A DNA stretch of 64,000 nucleotides from an uncultured Nitrososphaeraceae archaeon (GCA_963837175.1 CAWIMJ010000012.1:32001-96000); one strand, 5' to 3'; counted from the stretch's first letter, positions 32,787 through 43,947 are shown. Translations and numbers: made by a program. Notes: a model not told the origin generated them from the sequence alone.

Positions 32787-33248
32787 ATGCCAACAACAAT
32801 AGGTGAAATTATGACTCAAAAATTAGAGACCATAGATGCTTCTAAGACGGCACAAGAAGCAGCAAAGAAAATGTCCGATAAGAATGTGAGCTCATTAGTA
32901 GTTATGGATAGAGCAGATAAGCCTATAGGAATAGTAACAGAGCGCGATTTGGTTAGACAAGTATGTGTTAATGATGCAAGCAGCAGTAATGTTATAATTC
33001 ATCATATAATGTCTTCTCCTCTTGTAACTATTGATGCTAATTCATCAGTTGAAACAGCTGCTGATATAATGATTCAAAACAAAGTGCGGCATTTGCTAGT
33101 TGTAATGGAAGATGGAAATAGAGCTATAGGAATTATTACTTCTACTAATTTTACAACCTATCTAAAGGAAAAATTGAATATGGATGATGTCAATGCAAGA
33201 ATATTGCAGTCTCTAGCAGAAGAAGGAACAGAAGGCTTTAGACACTAA
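32787..33248 (+). CDS. CBS-domain pair protein
   Basis: IMTQ...VSSLVV...IGIVTERDL; IMSSPLVTI...VRHLLV...GIIT. Confidence 0.92.
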   Translation: MPTTIGEIMTQKLETIDASKTAQEAAKKMSDKNVSSLVVMDRADKPIGIVTERDLVRQVCVNDASSSNVIIHHIMSSPLVTIDANSSVETAADIMIQNKVRHLLVVMEDGNRAIGIITSTNFTTYLKEKLNMDDVNARILQSLAEEGTEGFRH

Positions 33249-33374
33249 AAAAGTTACACTGCGAATGCCTAGTAAATCCTTTAATTTGGAATAGTATTTG
33301 ATATAATAAGGTATAGAAAATAGCATAGGAGTCAGCTGCAATTGTTATAAAGTCAATCTTAACTAAATCCTATG

Positions 33375-34397
33375 CTAACTGATGTTTAACATAATCCTGC
33401 CTTCTCTCTCTTTTTTGAATAATGCTTGTAAAGCTTCTTTAGATTCTTCAAGCTTGAATTTTTTCCATACTTTAATTTTCAGTTCTTTGGAATTATCGAT
33501 AATTTCTTTGAATTCCTTTCTACTGCCTCCAGTGGTACCTATTAACTTTATTTGCTTGGTATACAATGATTGAAGATTCAATTTAACATCGGCACCGGTT
33601 AGCACTCCAAATGTAACCCACCTTCCATTATTACCTACAGCATCCAAGCTCTTAACCCATGTATCAGCACCTAATGTGTTTAAAACAACAGATGCCATGT
33701 TACCTTGAGTAAACTCCTTTACTTCTTCTATCACTGTGTCATAAGTGGCAATATGATCCGCTCCAAATTCTTTTATCCAATTCTTACTAGTAACTGCAAT
33801 AATCTTTGCTCCCATTTTCTTACCAAATTGAATTGCTAGCATACCCGTATTTCCGGATGCACCAAATACTAGCAAAGATTCATTTATTTTTAGAGAAGAT
33901 TCCTTTAATGCATGAAAGGGAGTTAATGCAGTTACCGATAAACTTGCAGCTATATCCCAATCCATATCGTTTGGTATTTTAAACACATTCTTTTCTGGAA
34001 CTGCAATATATTCTGCAAAGCCACCATTACTGACAACGCCAATTAATCCTCCATTTTTGCAAAGCATTTCAGAACTATTTAGACAGAACTCACAGGTGCC
34101 ATCAAATAGTCTGCTATATACGACCACTCTATCACCTTCATTTAGTCGCTTTACGTGATTTCCTACTCTCTCGACTATACCGCTTATTTCTGCTCCTGGT
34201 ATATGCGGAAGTGGTTTTGCTTCAAGGGGTGACCCAGACTTTATTCCATGTTTTCCAGAAACTACAAAATAATCTATTGGATTTATACCAGCCACTTTAA
34301 CTCTTATTAATACTTCATGATCTGTTAATTGTGGGTCTGCATACTCTCTAATCTCTAAGTTTTCTAAACCTGGTTTTTTAAAAAAAGCAGCTTTCAT
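33375..34397 (-). CDS. Zinc-binding alcohol dehydrogenase / quinone oxidoreductase (MDR family)
   Basis: GINPIDY, HIPGAEISGIV, CEFC...C, GGFAEY, VFGASGNTG. Confidence 0.9.
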   Translation of the reverse strand: MKAAFFKKPGLENLEIREYADPQLTDHEVLIRVKVAGINPIDYFVVSGKHGIKSGSPLEAKPLPHIPGAEISGIVERVGNHVKRLNEGDRVVVYSRLFDGTCEFCLNSSEMLCKNGGLIGVVSNGGFAEYIAVPEKNVFKIPNDMDWDIAASLSVTALTPFHALKESSLKINESLLVFGASGNTGMLAIQFGKKMGAKIIAVTSKNWIKEFGADHIATYDTVIEEVKEFTQGNMASVVLNTLGADTWVKSLDAVGNNGRWVTFGVLTGADVKLNLQSLYTKQIKLIGTTGGSRKEFKEIIDNSKELKIKVWKKFKLEESKEALQALFKKEREGRIMLNIS

Positions 34398-35080
34398 TTT
34401 TAGAAAATAATTTTAATGCTATTTAATATTATCGTGGTCTTAAACTATTTTTCTTCGTTGTTATATACACACAAAAATTATTACAATTAAATATCTTTTG
34501 CACATATTTGATGTAATATTAGAATTTAAAATATGCCAAGAAGATATACAGAAGTCAAGTAGTCAATATATATACAATAGATGAAAAATAACACATCGTC
34601 TAAATTAGATAGATATAGAACCGTTCTTTTAATACTAAAGTATACTTTGAATATGTAAGAGAGTGCAACTAATTAAGTATCTAGTCACTTAAAAGTCAAT
34701 GAAGGAAGCAATAATAACATATGATATAATAATTATTTCTATTTGGAATGTTTATTTATATTAATACCAACCCATGTAATGACAATGACAAGGAAGGGCA
34801 GCAGCAATAATAATATTCAAGTTTTAAAACTTAGTTTAACCTGGCAGAACAGAAGAGAGAAGAAGAAGATAATGCACAGGTTCCTCCTTCCCTCCTATTA
34901 TAGAAGAAGAGACATTTGTATTAGCGGATGGAAAGAATAGTATACTTGCAAAAGATTTGTCCTCTGAAGAGATAGGGCTTTTCGATTGATTCTTTGTTTT
35001 ATAATGTAAGTAAGTGAGTTGGTGGTAGATAGTAGTGCAATATGTTTCATTCTAATCTTCCAGAATCATATAAAATGCTG

Positions 35081-36835
35081 CTATTTATGCCTAGAGATAT
35101 GGAAACCATCAGGAAAAAAGCTTCCAAATTTATGTTCTGCCTTTGATATTGCAGAAGCTGTAACTGTGCCATCTTTACTTTGATTAACCGATTCTTTTAT
35201 AATGAGTTTGTAGGCTTCTGCGCCTTTGGTAATTTTTCTTCTAAGGTTTAAGTAATCATCATCATTGTCGTCGTCATCCTCAGGATCAACATAAAATAAT
35301 CCAAATTTTGCTTCAGGTTTATAGTTATCAAGCCATTCATAATTATCCATTAAAGACCAATGCAAGTATCCAATCACGTTCCCACCACTTTCTATAGCTT
35401 GTCTGATTTGGTCAAGGTGAGATACAATGAATGGCGCACGATACTTGTCAGACTTGTCAGCAACACCATTTTCAGTAATGAAAACAGGTATATCTTTCCC
35501 CCATTGATTTGTGATATACATAATCAAATTGTATAATCCTTGAGGATAGATCTCCCAACCCAAATCGTTGAGAATGCCATGGGATTGATGATGATGACGA
35601 TTATGATTATGACTACTATTATTATCTTTGATGCGAAGATCATTGACAAAGGCTCCTCCTATAAATCGGGCAGAAGATAGCGCAACTATATTACTATAGT
35701 ATACATAGACACGACGATAGTAATTAATACCTATAAAGTCTGTTTTATTTTTCCAATTTTCATGTATTAGAAAATTACTGCTTTTTGTGTTATGTCTTTG
35801 AAGAGTTTTTAGGTAGTTTAGATCTTCCTCACCATGTACTACAGCATTAATAAAATAATCATTAACGAAATAAGCAAAGTTTTTAGCTGCTTGGGTATTA
35901 TCAGCAGTTATAGTTGCTTTTAATAATCTTCTTATTGTTGCTTTAGCAGCTGCTGGAGTAACTTCCATCATTGCATGAGAAAAACCTGTAAGATTAGTAA
36001 TGCCATCATTATCAGCATCAACATCATCTATTTCTTTGATTTTATCATATGCTTGCACATGAGCTTCAATAAGGTTATGTAGTGCTTTTTTTGCCCTATT
36101 TCCATCAAGTAGAAAGCCAGGTGGATATAATCCAGCAATATATCCTAATCCTATAGTTGACGCTACAGGCTCTCCGATAGTTACCCAAAAATCAACTTGG
36201 TTTTTTAGTTCTGAAACTATATTACCTACAAAGCGAATAAATTCTCTAACTGTCTCATAATTTTCCCATCCTCTAAGTGATTTCCAGTATGGATCTGACG
36301 GTATAGGATCTGCAAGTGGGATATCTCTTAATGGTGATGGAAGTAAACTTTGTCCTATCTTTTTTGCAAATCTGCTAGGAGGAGTTAAGACCCATAAAGG
36401 TAATGTTAAATGGTTTAGTGTAATGATAGGTTTAAGTCCTTGTTTTTTATGTTCTTCTTGCATATGCTTTATCATTACTTTATAATGGTCAACAGCTTCC
36501 TGATTCCATTGACCTCTTTCTGGTTCAATACGCGACCATTCCAGACTTATTCTAAAACAATTCATTCCAATTTGTTTTGCAAGATCAAAATCTTTTGAGT
36601 AGTATTCAGGATGCCATGTTTTAAGAGCATCACCGGCTGGTTTTAACATAACCTGCGAAGTGCCCTTGTAAAATATATTAGGTTTTGTCAGAGCATACAC
36701 TCTCTTTTTAATATCTTCAGATGTAGTAAAGTAATTCCAGTCATTATTGGTAATTCCACCTTCTACTTGATAGGACGATGTAGAAACACCCCATAGAAAT
36801 TGTTGTAGTTGTTCATGAATATGACTGTTAACCAT
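35081..36835 (-). CDS. Glycoside hydrolase family 1 (beta-glycosidase)
   Basis: FLWGVSTSSYQVEG, RISLEWSRI, TLNHLTLP, TIGEP (acid/base), GINYY, ITENG (nucleophile), WSLMDNYEW. Confidence 0.93.
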   Translation of the reverse strand: MVNSHIHEQLQQFLWGVSTSSYQVEGGITNNDWNYFTTSEDIKKRVYALTKPNIFYKGTSQVMLKPAGDALKTWHPEYYSKDFDLAKQIGMNCFRISLEWSRIEPERGQWNQEAVDHYKVMIKHMQEEHKKQGLKPIITLNHLTLPLWVLTPPSRFAKKIGQSLLPSPLRDIPLADPIPSDPYWKSLRGWENYETVREFIRFVGNIVSELKNQVDFWVTIGEPVASTIGLGYIAGLYPPGFLLDGNRAKKALHNLIEAHVQAYDKIKEIDDVDADNDGITNLTGFSHAMMEVTPAAAKATIRRLLKATITADNTQAAKNFAYFVNDYFINAVVHGEEDLNYLKTLQRHNTKSSNFLIHENWKNKTDFIGINYYRRVYVYYSNIVALSSARFIGGAFVNDLRIKDNNSSHNHNRHHHQSHGILNDLGWEIYPQGLYNLIMYITNQWGKDIPVFITENGVADKSDKYRAPFIVSHLDQIRQAIESGGNVIGYLHWSLMDNYEWLDNYKPEAKFGLFYVDPEDDDDNDDDYLNLRRKITKGAEAYKLIIKESVNQSKDGTVTASAISKAEHKFGSFFPDGFHISRHK

Positions 36836-36881
36836 AATTTACCTTCTCCTCCATCCTGTGAATTTTCTTTCGAAGTTGATA

Positions 36882-37400
36882 TCAAAGAATTATAATAACT
36901 AACCATAGTGAGAAAGCAATACCTAAATACAAAATCAAGACCTTGTACATCCCTTTATATCTATCTTTCCTTTCATGATTACTTGCCCATATGACCTTGA
37001 ACATCCAATTAGCAAGTTTATTCTCCTTAGCAATCTCTTTAATGTCATTGTAATATCCCTCCTCATTCATCTTTTTTAGATAATCTCCCATTACGCCCTC
37101 AAACAAACGACGGGTAACATAACTTTGAATCCAAAAGAGAACTAAAGCCCAGTAAGCAATTGATAATACTATGCCGACGATCCGGATCCATATTGATTTT
37201 GTCCACAAAGCATTTTTTAAAAACGGATCCTGTGATATCTCATCATCACGATTATTTATGGTAGCAAAGATTGCAAGAATTCCAAAAATCCCTACTGCTA
37301 TTGCGATAGAAAATTGAGCATTTTCACCCATTCCTTGTATTGCAAAATTTATTAATTCATGATATGCCTTCTTACGTTCCCCATCATTATTATTATCCAT
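36882..37400 (-). CDS. Hypothetical 3-TM membrane protein
   Basis: Three hydrophobic segments; same strand, just upstream of the GH1 gene. Confidence 0.65.
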   Translation of the reverse strand: MDNNNDGERKKAYHELINFAIQGMGENAQFSIAIAVGIFGILAIFATINNRDDEISQDPFLKNALWTKSIWIRIVGIVLSIAYWALVLFWIQSYVTRRLFEGVMGDYLKKMNEEGYYNDIKEIAKENKLANWMFKVIWASNHERKDRYKGMYKVLILYLGIAFSLWLVIIIL

Positions 37401-38069
37401 AAATCAGTAGAGAATAAGAACAATACTTAAAGTAATTTAGGGGTTGATTTTATTTGTCTAAGAGATCTTAACTAAATATTGTTATCAATTTTGATGTTGA
37501 TGACCTCCTGTATTTACTGTAGCAGATTTGTTGCGGCATCTATGATTGATGCCAATACAATTCTGCGAATTGGCTTCCACATCATTAAAATAAATCGTCT
37601 ACTCTATTTGACAGTACTTGCATAGTTTCCACAATCCAGCCGCCATTATTAGTAAGATAGAACTTTGCTGTTTATTCAGCATCCTCCTGAGTATAAATCT
37701 AAAGTTGGTTATCTACTTCAGTAAAACCCAGTTTGATATGTTGACATAATTTCTGTTCTATTTTTCTTTACTTCTGACTTCTTTTGCTACTTTCTCTTTT
37801 AATACTTTCATGTAAGTACTGTTTCATGTCATTTCTCGGTAAGTGATGCCTGAACTCCAGTCTGCCCCTCCCTACTATCTGAAGTATCCTTTGTTATTTT
37901 CATTACTCGCCTTTCTAAACTCCTGCTCCATATTGGATGACCTAATGCTATCAAGTAATTTTGATTCCTTCTCGGCGAATTTTCGAGAAAAAGAAAAGCT
38001 TATACCCTGGTTTATAAATATTAGGAAACGATTATAACACATATCGGATAATGATCTAATAACACAAGG

Positions 38070-38489
38070 TTGATTAGCCAACATTATAGCGAAACGACAG
38101 ATGGAAGTACGACAAGCTTGAGTAAATTGGAAATGAGCATATTAGAATGCATAAAGAAAGAACCAAAACTAGAAAAGAAAATATCTAAGCAGGTTGGTAT
38201 TGATAATTTAATAATATCCCCAATAATTACTGACCTAATGTTTAAAAGTTATATCGAAAGGATACACAGAAAAAGAATGTTATTCTCCTCAAAAGAATAC
38301 TTCTATATAACCATAGAAGGGCTAACGGCATTAGAAGAAGCTAAAAGTAATGACGGACCGTGGAATCAACTAATTTCTATCATAAAAGAGACAATAGAAC
38401 GAAAACTATTTGAACTTTCTAGCGATCTACCCTTGACAGCTACTGCTATAAAGGCAATATACAGAGTATTAAAATATCTTTTTAGGTAG
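38070..38489 (+). CDS. Winged-helix domain hypothetical protein
   Basis: LSKLEMSILECI...ISPIITDLMFKSYIER...YFYITIEG resembles a wHTH. Confidence 0.6.
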   Translation: MISQHYSETTDGSTTSLSKLEMSILECIKKEPKLEKKISKQVGIDNLIISPIITDLMFKSYIERIHRKRMLFSSKEYFYITIEGLTALEEAKSNDGPWNQLISIIKETIERKLFELSSDLPLTATAIKAIYRVLKYLFR

Positions 38490-39102
38490 CACAAGAATTT
38501 TTTTGACAAGCCGTCTAAACTTAAATACTAAATAAAATGATGATATTCATATGAATTTTCATTAATCTATAGACTCTATTTATATCAACTTTGATTGCGG
38601 TCAGATGAAATATGCTTAAGAATTGCTTACTGACCATAAATATTACTATTAGCAACAAATTTTTTATTGAAATCAAAATAATACTACTATATAAAAAATT
38701 GTTACTTTTATAAATTTCATTATTTAATATATTGTTTAAAGTTGCATTAAATGCAGAGATGGAAAATGAAATGTGAAATATATCAGATTTTAGAATAATT
38801 AGAGGCTATAACATCATAATATTAATTGTATATTATAAAATTTAAAAACAGTTAGAAATATAGCGATAAACTAATGGAGAGTAGATTTCAAATGAATATG
38901 AAAAAGGGCAATAATATGGATTGCAGACTAAATGTCAAATAATTTGATAAACACGTGTCCATTATTTCAAATTAATGCTATTAGCATTCCTGTGTTCTGT
39001 CACGAGAATACGTGGATTTCTACATGCATTACAGATGTAGTCCTTAGTTGTTCAAAAATATTTTTGCCAATACCAAAAGATGGAAATAGTATAATCTCGA
39101 GC

Positions 39103-39780
39103 TCAGGCCTCGTTGCAAACTTTACATCTGATCCTTGACCATCCTCTTGGTAAATATGCATTTTCATCTAAAACCCACATGTCTATTTGTTTTTCATAAT
39201 CCTCTTTCAATTTCAATGAATACAATTCAGATAACTCATTGGCTGTCAAAAAACCTCTTGTTTTATATTTATCAAATAAAGGTCTAGTGTTTTTAGATGG
39301 CCCTTTTATGATATCCGAAATTAGCTTGTTTTGAAATACATCAATGTCGCGCTCATTCATTTTCAAAAACCTTTGATATTCTTTTTCTACTACTTCAGGA
39401 TGAAATCCATTGTTAGCGATAATTTCAGCTGGCTTTTTACCAGCGTTAAACTCACTATATAATTTCTTTACACCGTCTGCATCAAGATCTGGGACGTTAA
39501 GATAGGGATAATGATTATTATTATTACTTACTGGCTTCAAGCGCTGCGAAGGCAGAGCTGCAAAAGAGTCGGATTCTCCTGCAACCATTACCATTTCATC
39601 ACTTCTTGTCTTTCTCCTTATAAAAAGGCCTCTCGCTTTGCTTTTTTCCTTATACACATTTGCTTCTGTCGTATGCACAATTCTGGCAATATCTTTTACT
39701 GAAAATTTTCCTTCTGAAAGAAGTGCGATTATTCGTTCTTTCTTATTATTTGGCTTTTCTCCTACATAAATGGGTTCCAA
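39103..39780 (-). CDS. HTH-containing hypothetical protein, possibly frameshifted at the 3' end
   Basis: IIALLSEGKFSVKDIARIVHTTEANVYKEK (HTH) and a second HTH-like KKPAEII...HPEVVEKEY. It ends right after CKVC while another frame stays open. Confidence 0.65.
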   Translation of the reverse strand: MEPIYVGEKPNNKKERIIALLSEGKFSVKDIARIVHTTEANVYKEKSKARGLFIRRKTRSDEMVMVAGESDSFAALPSQRLKPVSNNNNHYPYLNVPDLDADGVKKLYSEFNAGKKPAEIIANNGFHPEVVEKEYQRFLKMNERDIDVFQNKLISDIIKGPSKNTRPLFDKYKTRGFLTANELSELYSLKLKEDYEKQIDMWVLDENAYLPRGWSRIRCKVCNEA

Positions 39781-39875
39781 TGAAGTTGGGTATAGTAAGT
39801 ATAGTAAGTAAATAAGCTTATCTATACCATTTATTTTGTAGCCATTATTGAACAGACTAAGGACTATATAATGAC

Positions 39876-39931
39876 AAACTTAACATTACCTCACTAACCT
39901 TAACCTTACCTTACTAACCTTAACCTTACCT
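39876..39931. repeat. 20-bp tandem direct repeat (about 2.8 copies) upstream of the HTH gene
   Basis: aaacttaacattacctcact / aaccttaaccttaccttact / aaccttaaccttacct. Confidence 0.85.
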
Positions 39932-40544
39932 CTATTATTGAAAAAGATTCTTACTCCCTAATCATTTATTTGATTATAAATAAATTGCAAGAATGACGCT
40001 AAAAGAAGACTATATGCAAATGTCCTTGCAACTCTTGCAGTCAAGAATCATGAGTTCTCCTGGAAGGGAGGCAGATAATAAATTCATGCCTGTCATATTT
40101 TATATATATGATAAATACAGACTCCTTAATTTTTTTTCTGAGGTCAAGTATTATCTGATATATGAAGAATACTGAAGCCTAAGAGGCTCTTAAAGCATGT
40201 AGATAATTTTATAGAGATATATTTAGAAGATATACTTCAATGTTTAATGATTCGTGACATAGTATAAAATAATATATTCTATATGACGTACTGTGTTACT
40301 TACTATATCTTTCAAAAAGAGTTTTGCTTTAATGGCTAAAAAAGCCGATTCCTTGAAGACAACTATTTCGTAAACTTGGTAAAACAAAAGGATGGAAAAT
40401 GAGAATATAAAAGAATCGATTGTTCATAAATTATTAGCGTTAATGGAATGAAGAGTTGATTAGTAAGTATGAACAAAAATTCTTGTAGCAATTAATATGC
40501 ATGCGAAGAAATATAAGTTCATTATAGCCAGAATGTTGTAGTAA

Positions 40545-40940
40545 TTGAAGAAAGAATTTGTTATTTCAAAGATTGAAGCTTCTCAAGATGGGAGTCCTTA
40601 CATATACATAACATTTACTGATCCTAATGATTACAAGTCAGGAGAAAGAAAGCAGCAAAATCCATTTGGTTCTAATGTTATGGCTTTTACTTCTCCAGAA
40701 GAGTTGATGAAAAATTTACCTAAAGCAATGGGAGATATCTCAAAGATGATAACTGGAGGCGGTGGCGGTCTCACTGATTCACCAACTTTTAAAATGAGTA
40801 TGAAAGAATATGAAGAACTGGGTATAAAAGTAGGTGACAAAGTTTCGATAGAAATAAAAAAATCAGATGTACGGAATTTATACCTAATTGTGTGTAATAT
40901 TATATACTATCAATTCCATTATAAGATACAGATTTTGTAA
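40545..40940 (+). CDS. Conserved hypothetical protein, arcadin-1-like
   Basis: FVISKIEASQDGSPYIYITF...SPTFKMSMKEYEELGIKVGDKVSIEI has the same architecture as crenarchaeal arcadin-1 as I recall it. Confidence 0.55.
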   Translation: MKKEFVISKIEASQDGSPYIYITFTDPNDYKSGERKQQNPFGSNVMAFTSPEELMKNLPKAMGDISKMITGGGGGLTDSPTFKMSMKEYEELGIKVGDKVSIEIKKSDVRNLYLIVCNIIYYQFHYKIQIL

Positions 40941-41161
40941 TTCTGTAGATCTTGCTATGATTTAGGTATATCCATATGGTATGCTGCACTACTCTGATGC
41001 CGCTATTTAGCTCAATTGTACAGTCTTTATCATAGAGTTTGATCTACAAAAAGAGGCAGCACATGTTATTTTTGAGTATATAAAATATTATATTTAGAAA
41101 CAAATTCCAGCATCTCTTTTTTTAGATTCAAAATCTTAGAATATAGATCATGGTCTATTAA

Positions 41162-41191
41162 TCATTCAAGGTCATTCAAGGTCATTCAAGG
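41162..41191. repeat. 10-bp tandem repeat x3 (TCATTCAAGG)
   Basis: Seen directly, about 110 nt upstream of the M3 peptidase. Confidence 0.85.
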
Positions 41192-41303
41192 CTAATTATT
41201 CCTTATACAACATGAGGACATTGTTTGTGATTGTGCATAACGTTATAAGAAGTGGAACAAACATAAAGATCTGATTGATTATAGGATGTAGTAAAATTCC
41301 CAT

Positions 41304-43109
41304 ATGACTCTTTTTACAAAACCGAAGCTTGGATCGTGGAAATTGACAGATCTTATAGAAGATCCAAAGAAAACCCAATTTCAAGAATTTCTACAATATA
41401 TAGAAGCAATAGTAAAACAGCTTGAACTGAAACGCAAAGATCTTAATCCAAAGATTTCAGCAACAGATTTTGAAAATTTACTTCATTTGATTGAAGATAT
41501 ATCAGAAAAAGTCAATGTAGCTAGCGGTTATGCTTCTTTGAGATATGCTGCTGATACCTCTTCAAATGAGGCCGCTTCTCTTGTAACAAAAATGGAAATC
41601 ATGAGATCAAACATTACAAATAGGTTGTTATTCTTTGATTTATGGTTCAAAAAAGACATCGATGAGGAAAATGCCCGGCGTTTGATAAACTCAATACCTG
41701 CAGTTTATCAAGAATACCTTAAGCATAAACGATTACTTGCAAAGTACACCTTGACTGAATCCGAAGAGAAGATCATTAGTACATTGGAAGTCACAGGAGC
41801 AAATGCCCTTGTCAAGATCTATGATAGAATGACAAGTGGTTTTGAATTTGTTATGGCTGTTAAAAAAGGTAAGAAGGTTGTTAAAAAAATGTTTCCCAAT
41901 AAAGAAAAAATGCTTTCTCTTATCCGAAGTCCAAAACCGGAGGAAAGAGAAGCTGCATATAAATCACTATTGCATGTATATAAAAAAAATAGCGGGGTAT
42001 TAGGTGAAATATACCAAAATCTTGTAATTCAATGGTATGAAGAACACATATCCATGCGGGGCTTCCAATCCCCGATTTCAGCTCGAAATATTTCCAATAA
42101 CTTGGATGATACCACTGTAGAGACTCTTCTTTCAGTATGTAGAAGAAACTCTGTAGTTTTTCAAGACTATTTTAAAGAAAAAGCAAAGATGCTCGGTATT
42201 AAAAAACTTCAAAGATATCATCTATATGCGCCGCTGTCATTAAAAAACTCTGATCAAAAAAAATTTAACTATGAAAATGCCGTTGACATAGTACTTAAAA
42301 CATTCGAAGATTTTGACCCCCACTTTAGAAAATATGCTGAACGAGTTTTTCTAGAACAACATGTAGATTCTGAAATTAGAAGGAGTAAACTCGGAGGGGC
42401 TTTCTGCTATACTGTATCTCCTAAAAGAACTCCGTATGTACTGCTAAATTACAATGGGAAATCTAGAGATGTCTCTACAATGGCGCATGAATTTGGTCAT
42501 GCAATACATAGTATTGCAGCTTCTGATAAACCAATAATGGTATCTCACGCACCACTTCCATTGGCAGAGACAGCATCAGTATTTGCAGAAATGCTGCTAA
42601 ATGACAACTTGACTAAAAAAGTGACAAATAAAGAGAAGAAGATATTGATTGCCGAACAAATTGACGATATGTACGCTACAATAATGCGTCAAGCTTACTT
42701 TACTATATTTGAAATAGATGTGCATCGTGCTATTGTAGAAGAAAATGCTACGATAGACAAAGTATCAGAATTGTATTTAAGTAATTTGAATGAACAGTTT
42801 GGCAGTTCAGTAATTGTATCTCCAGATTTCCAATGGGAATGGGTGTATATTCCTCATATTTATCATACACCATTTTATTGTTATGCATATTCATTTGGAA
42901 ATCTATTAGTATTGTCTTTGTATCAACAGTTCAAAACAGAAGGAGAATCATTCATACCCAAATATTTTAAAATACTCTCGGCTGGAGGATTGAGGAAAAC
43001 TGAAGAATTACTTAAAGAATCTAGTATTGATATCTCAAAAGCTGAATTCTGGCAACAGGGCTTTGATTTAGTTACCAAAAAAATACAAGAGTTAAAGGAT
43101 ATGAATTGA
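41304..43109 (+). CDS. pepF: M3 family oligoendopeptidase F
   Basis: GGAFC, TMAHEFGHAIH (HExxH), AETASVFAE, PHIYHTPFYCYAYSFG. Confidence 0.93.
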   Translation: MTLFTKPKLGSWKLTDLIEDPKKTQFQEFLQYIEAIVKQLELKRKDLNPKISATDFENLLHLIEDISEKVNVASGYASLRYAADTSSNEAASLVTKMEIMRSNITNRLLFFDLWFKKDIDEENARRLINSIPAVYQEYLKHKRLLAKYTLTESEEKIISTLEVTGANALVKIYDRMTSGFEFVMAVKKGKKVVKKMFPNKEKMLSLIRSPKPEEREAAYKSLLHVYKKNSGVLGEIYQNLVIQWYEEHISMRGFQSPISARNISNNLDDTTVETLLSVCRRNSVVFQDYFKEKAKMLGIKKLQRYHLYAPLSLKNSDQKKFNYENAVDIVLKTFEDFDPHFRKYAERVFLEQHVDSEIRRSKLGGAFCYTVSPKRTPYVLLNYNGKSRDVSTMAHEFGHAIHSIAASDKPIMVSHAPLPLAETASVFAEMLLNDNLTKKVTNKEKKILIAEQIDDMYATIMRQAYFTIFEIDVHRAIVEENATIDKVSELYLSNLNEQFGSSVIVSPDFQWEWVYIPHIYHTPFYCYAYSFGNLLVLSLYQQFKTEGESFIPKYFKILSAGGLRKTEELLKESSIDISKAEFWQQGFDLVTKKIQELKDMN

Positions 43110-43665
43110 TGGATAATTATTCTGTTTGATTCTCCAACAGGCGAAGAGAGAGAAAGTTAGTGGAATTTAAGAACAAATGAAAGAAAAGCTTCGATATAGT
43201 GCAGATAGTTAGATGTCAAGATAGTTCAGAGCGTGTTAGTTAGTAAGGAGATTGTCAAAATATCAAGTATATTTATAATTCTATTTTGAGAGGTTATAGA
43301 TAACGGAATTGACCCAAAAGATATACTTTAAGAGATCGAGCAGGAATAAGATGGTATTGAAGTTATTCAAAATCCATTAGAGCAAAACTATTCTTGAACA
43401 TTATTAAAGCCAATTTCATAGGACATAATCTTGAGATTCTGATACTTTACCGAGGACATTTTTCCCAGTTTGCTAGAAGATCAGAAAAAGGAATTGGATT
43501 ATTACCTCCAAAAGCAGCATTATTTCATAGTCATAAAATATGAGCAGAAACATTCTCTAGAATGGAAAAAAGGAAACTTTCTTTAAATGTACTCTGACTA
43601 TATTAATACAACATAATAGCGCAATTGAGAAGAGTGATAATAAACAATGTAAGAAACTACTTTAT

Positions 43666-43947
43666 TCAGCGCGGCCTGCAGAACCATAATTGTGTATAGC
43701 AATTATGGGAACTTAACTGAACTAGTTCCATTCCTGTTATTCTCTTAATTTTCTCTAATGATTTGGTATTTACAAAGAAATCATTTGTATTAAATATCAG
43801 AATTTCTTTATCATCATCAGGCAAATATTCAAAACCACAGTCTTTGGTACAGTCCAAAATATCCCATATCCATTCTTCGCATTCATCTATCGGCAGTAAT
43901 GAAGACGATGACTGTCTAGTTCTGTCCAAGTCGTTTTTATTATTCAA
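43666..43947 (-). CDS. Hypothetical protein
   Basis: 93-aa ORF with a TATA-like sequence upstream; no domain recognised. Confidence 0.45.
   Translation of the reverse strand: MNNKNDLDRTRQSSSSLLPIDECEEWIWDILDCTKDCGFEYLPDDDKEILIFNTNDFFVNTKSLEKIKRITGMELVQLSSHNCYTQLWFCRPR

Noticed and set aside
37480-37830. Minus-strand stretch that looks like a decayed ORF
   Set aside because: Multiple stops and no recognisable family.
40998-41020. GCCGCTATTTAGCTCAATTG resembles a tRNA 5' end or att site
   Set aside because: No anticodon arm, T-arm or acceptor complement follows, and there is no integrase nearby.
43290-43580. Possible histidine-kinase remnant (EIEQE.DGIEVIQNP)
   Set aside because: Too degraded to support a call without an alignment.
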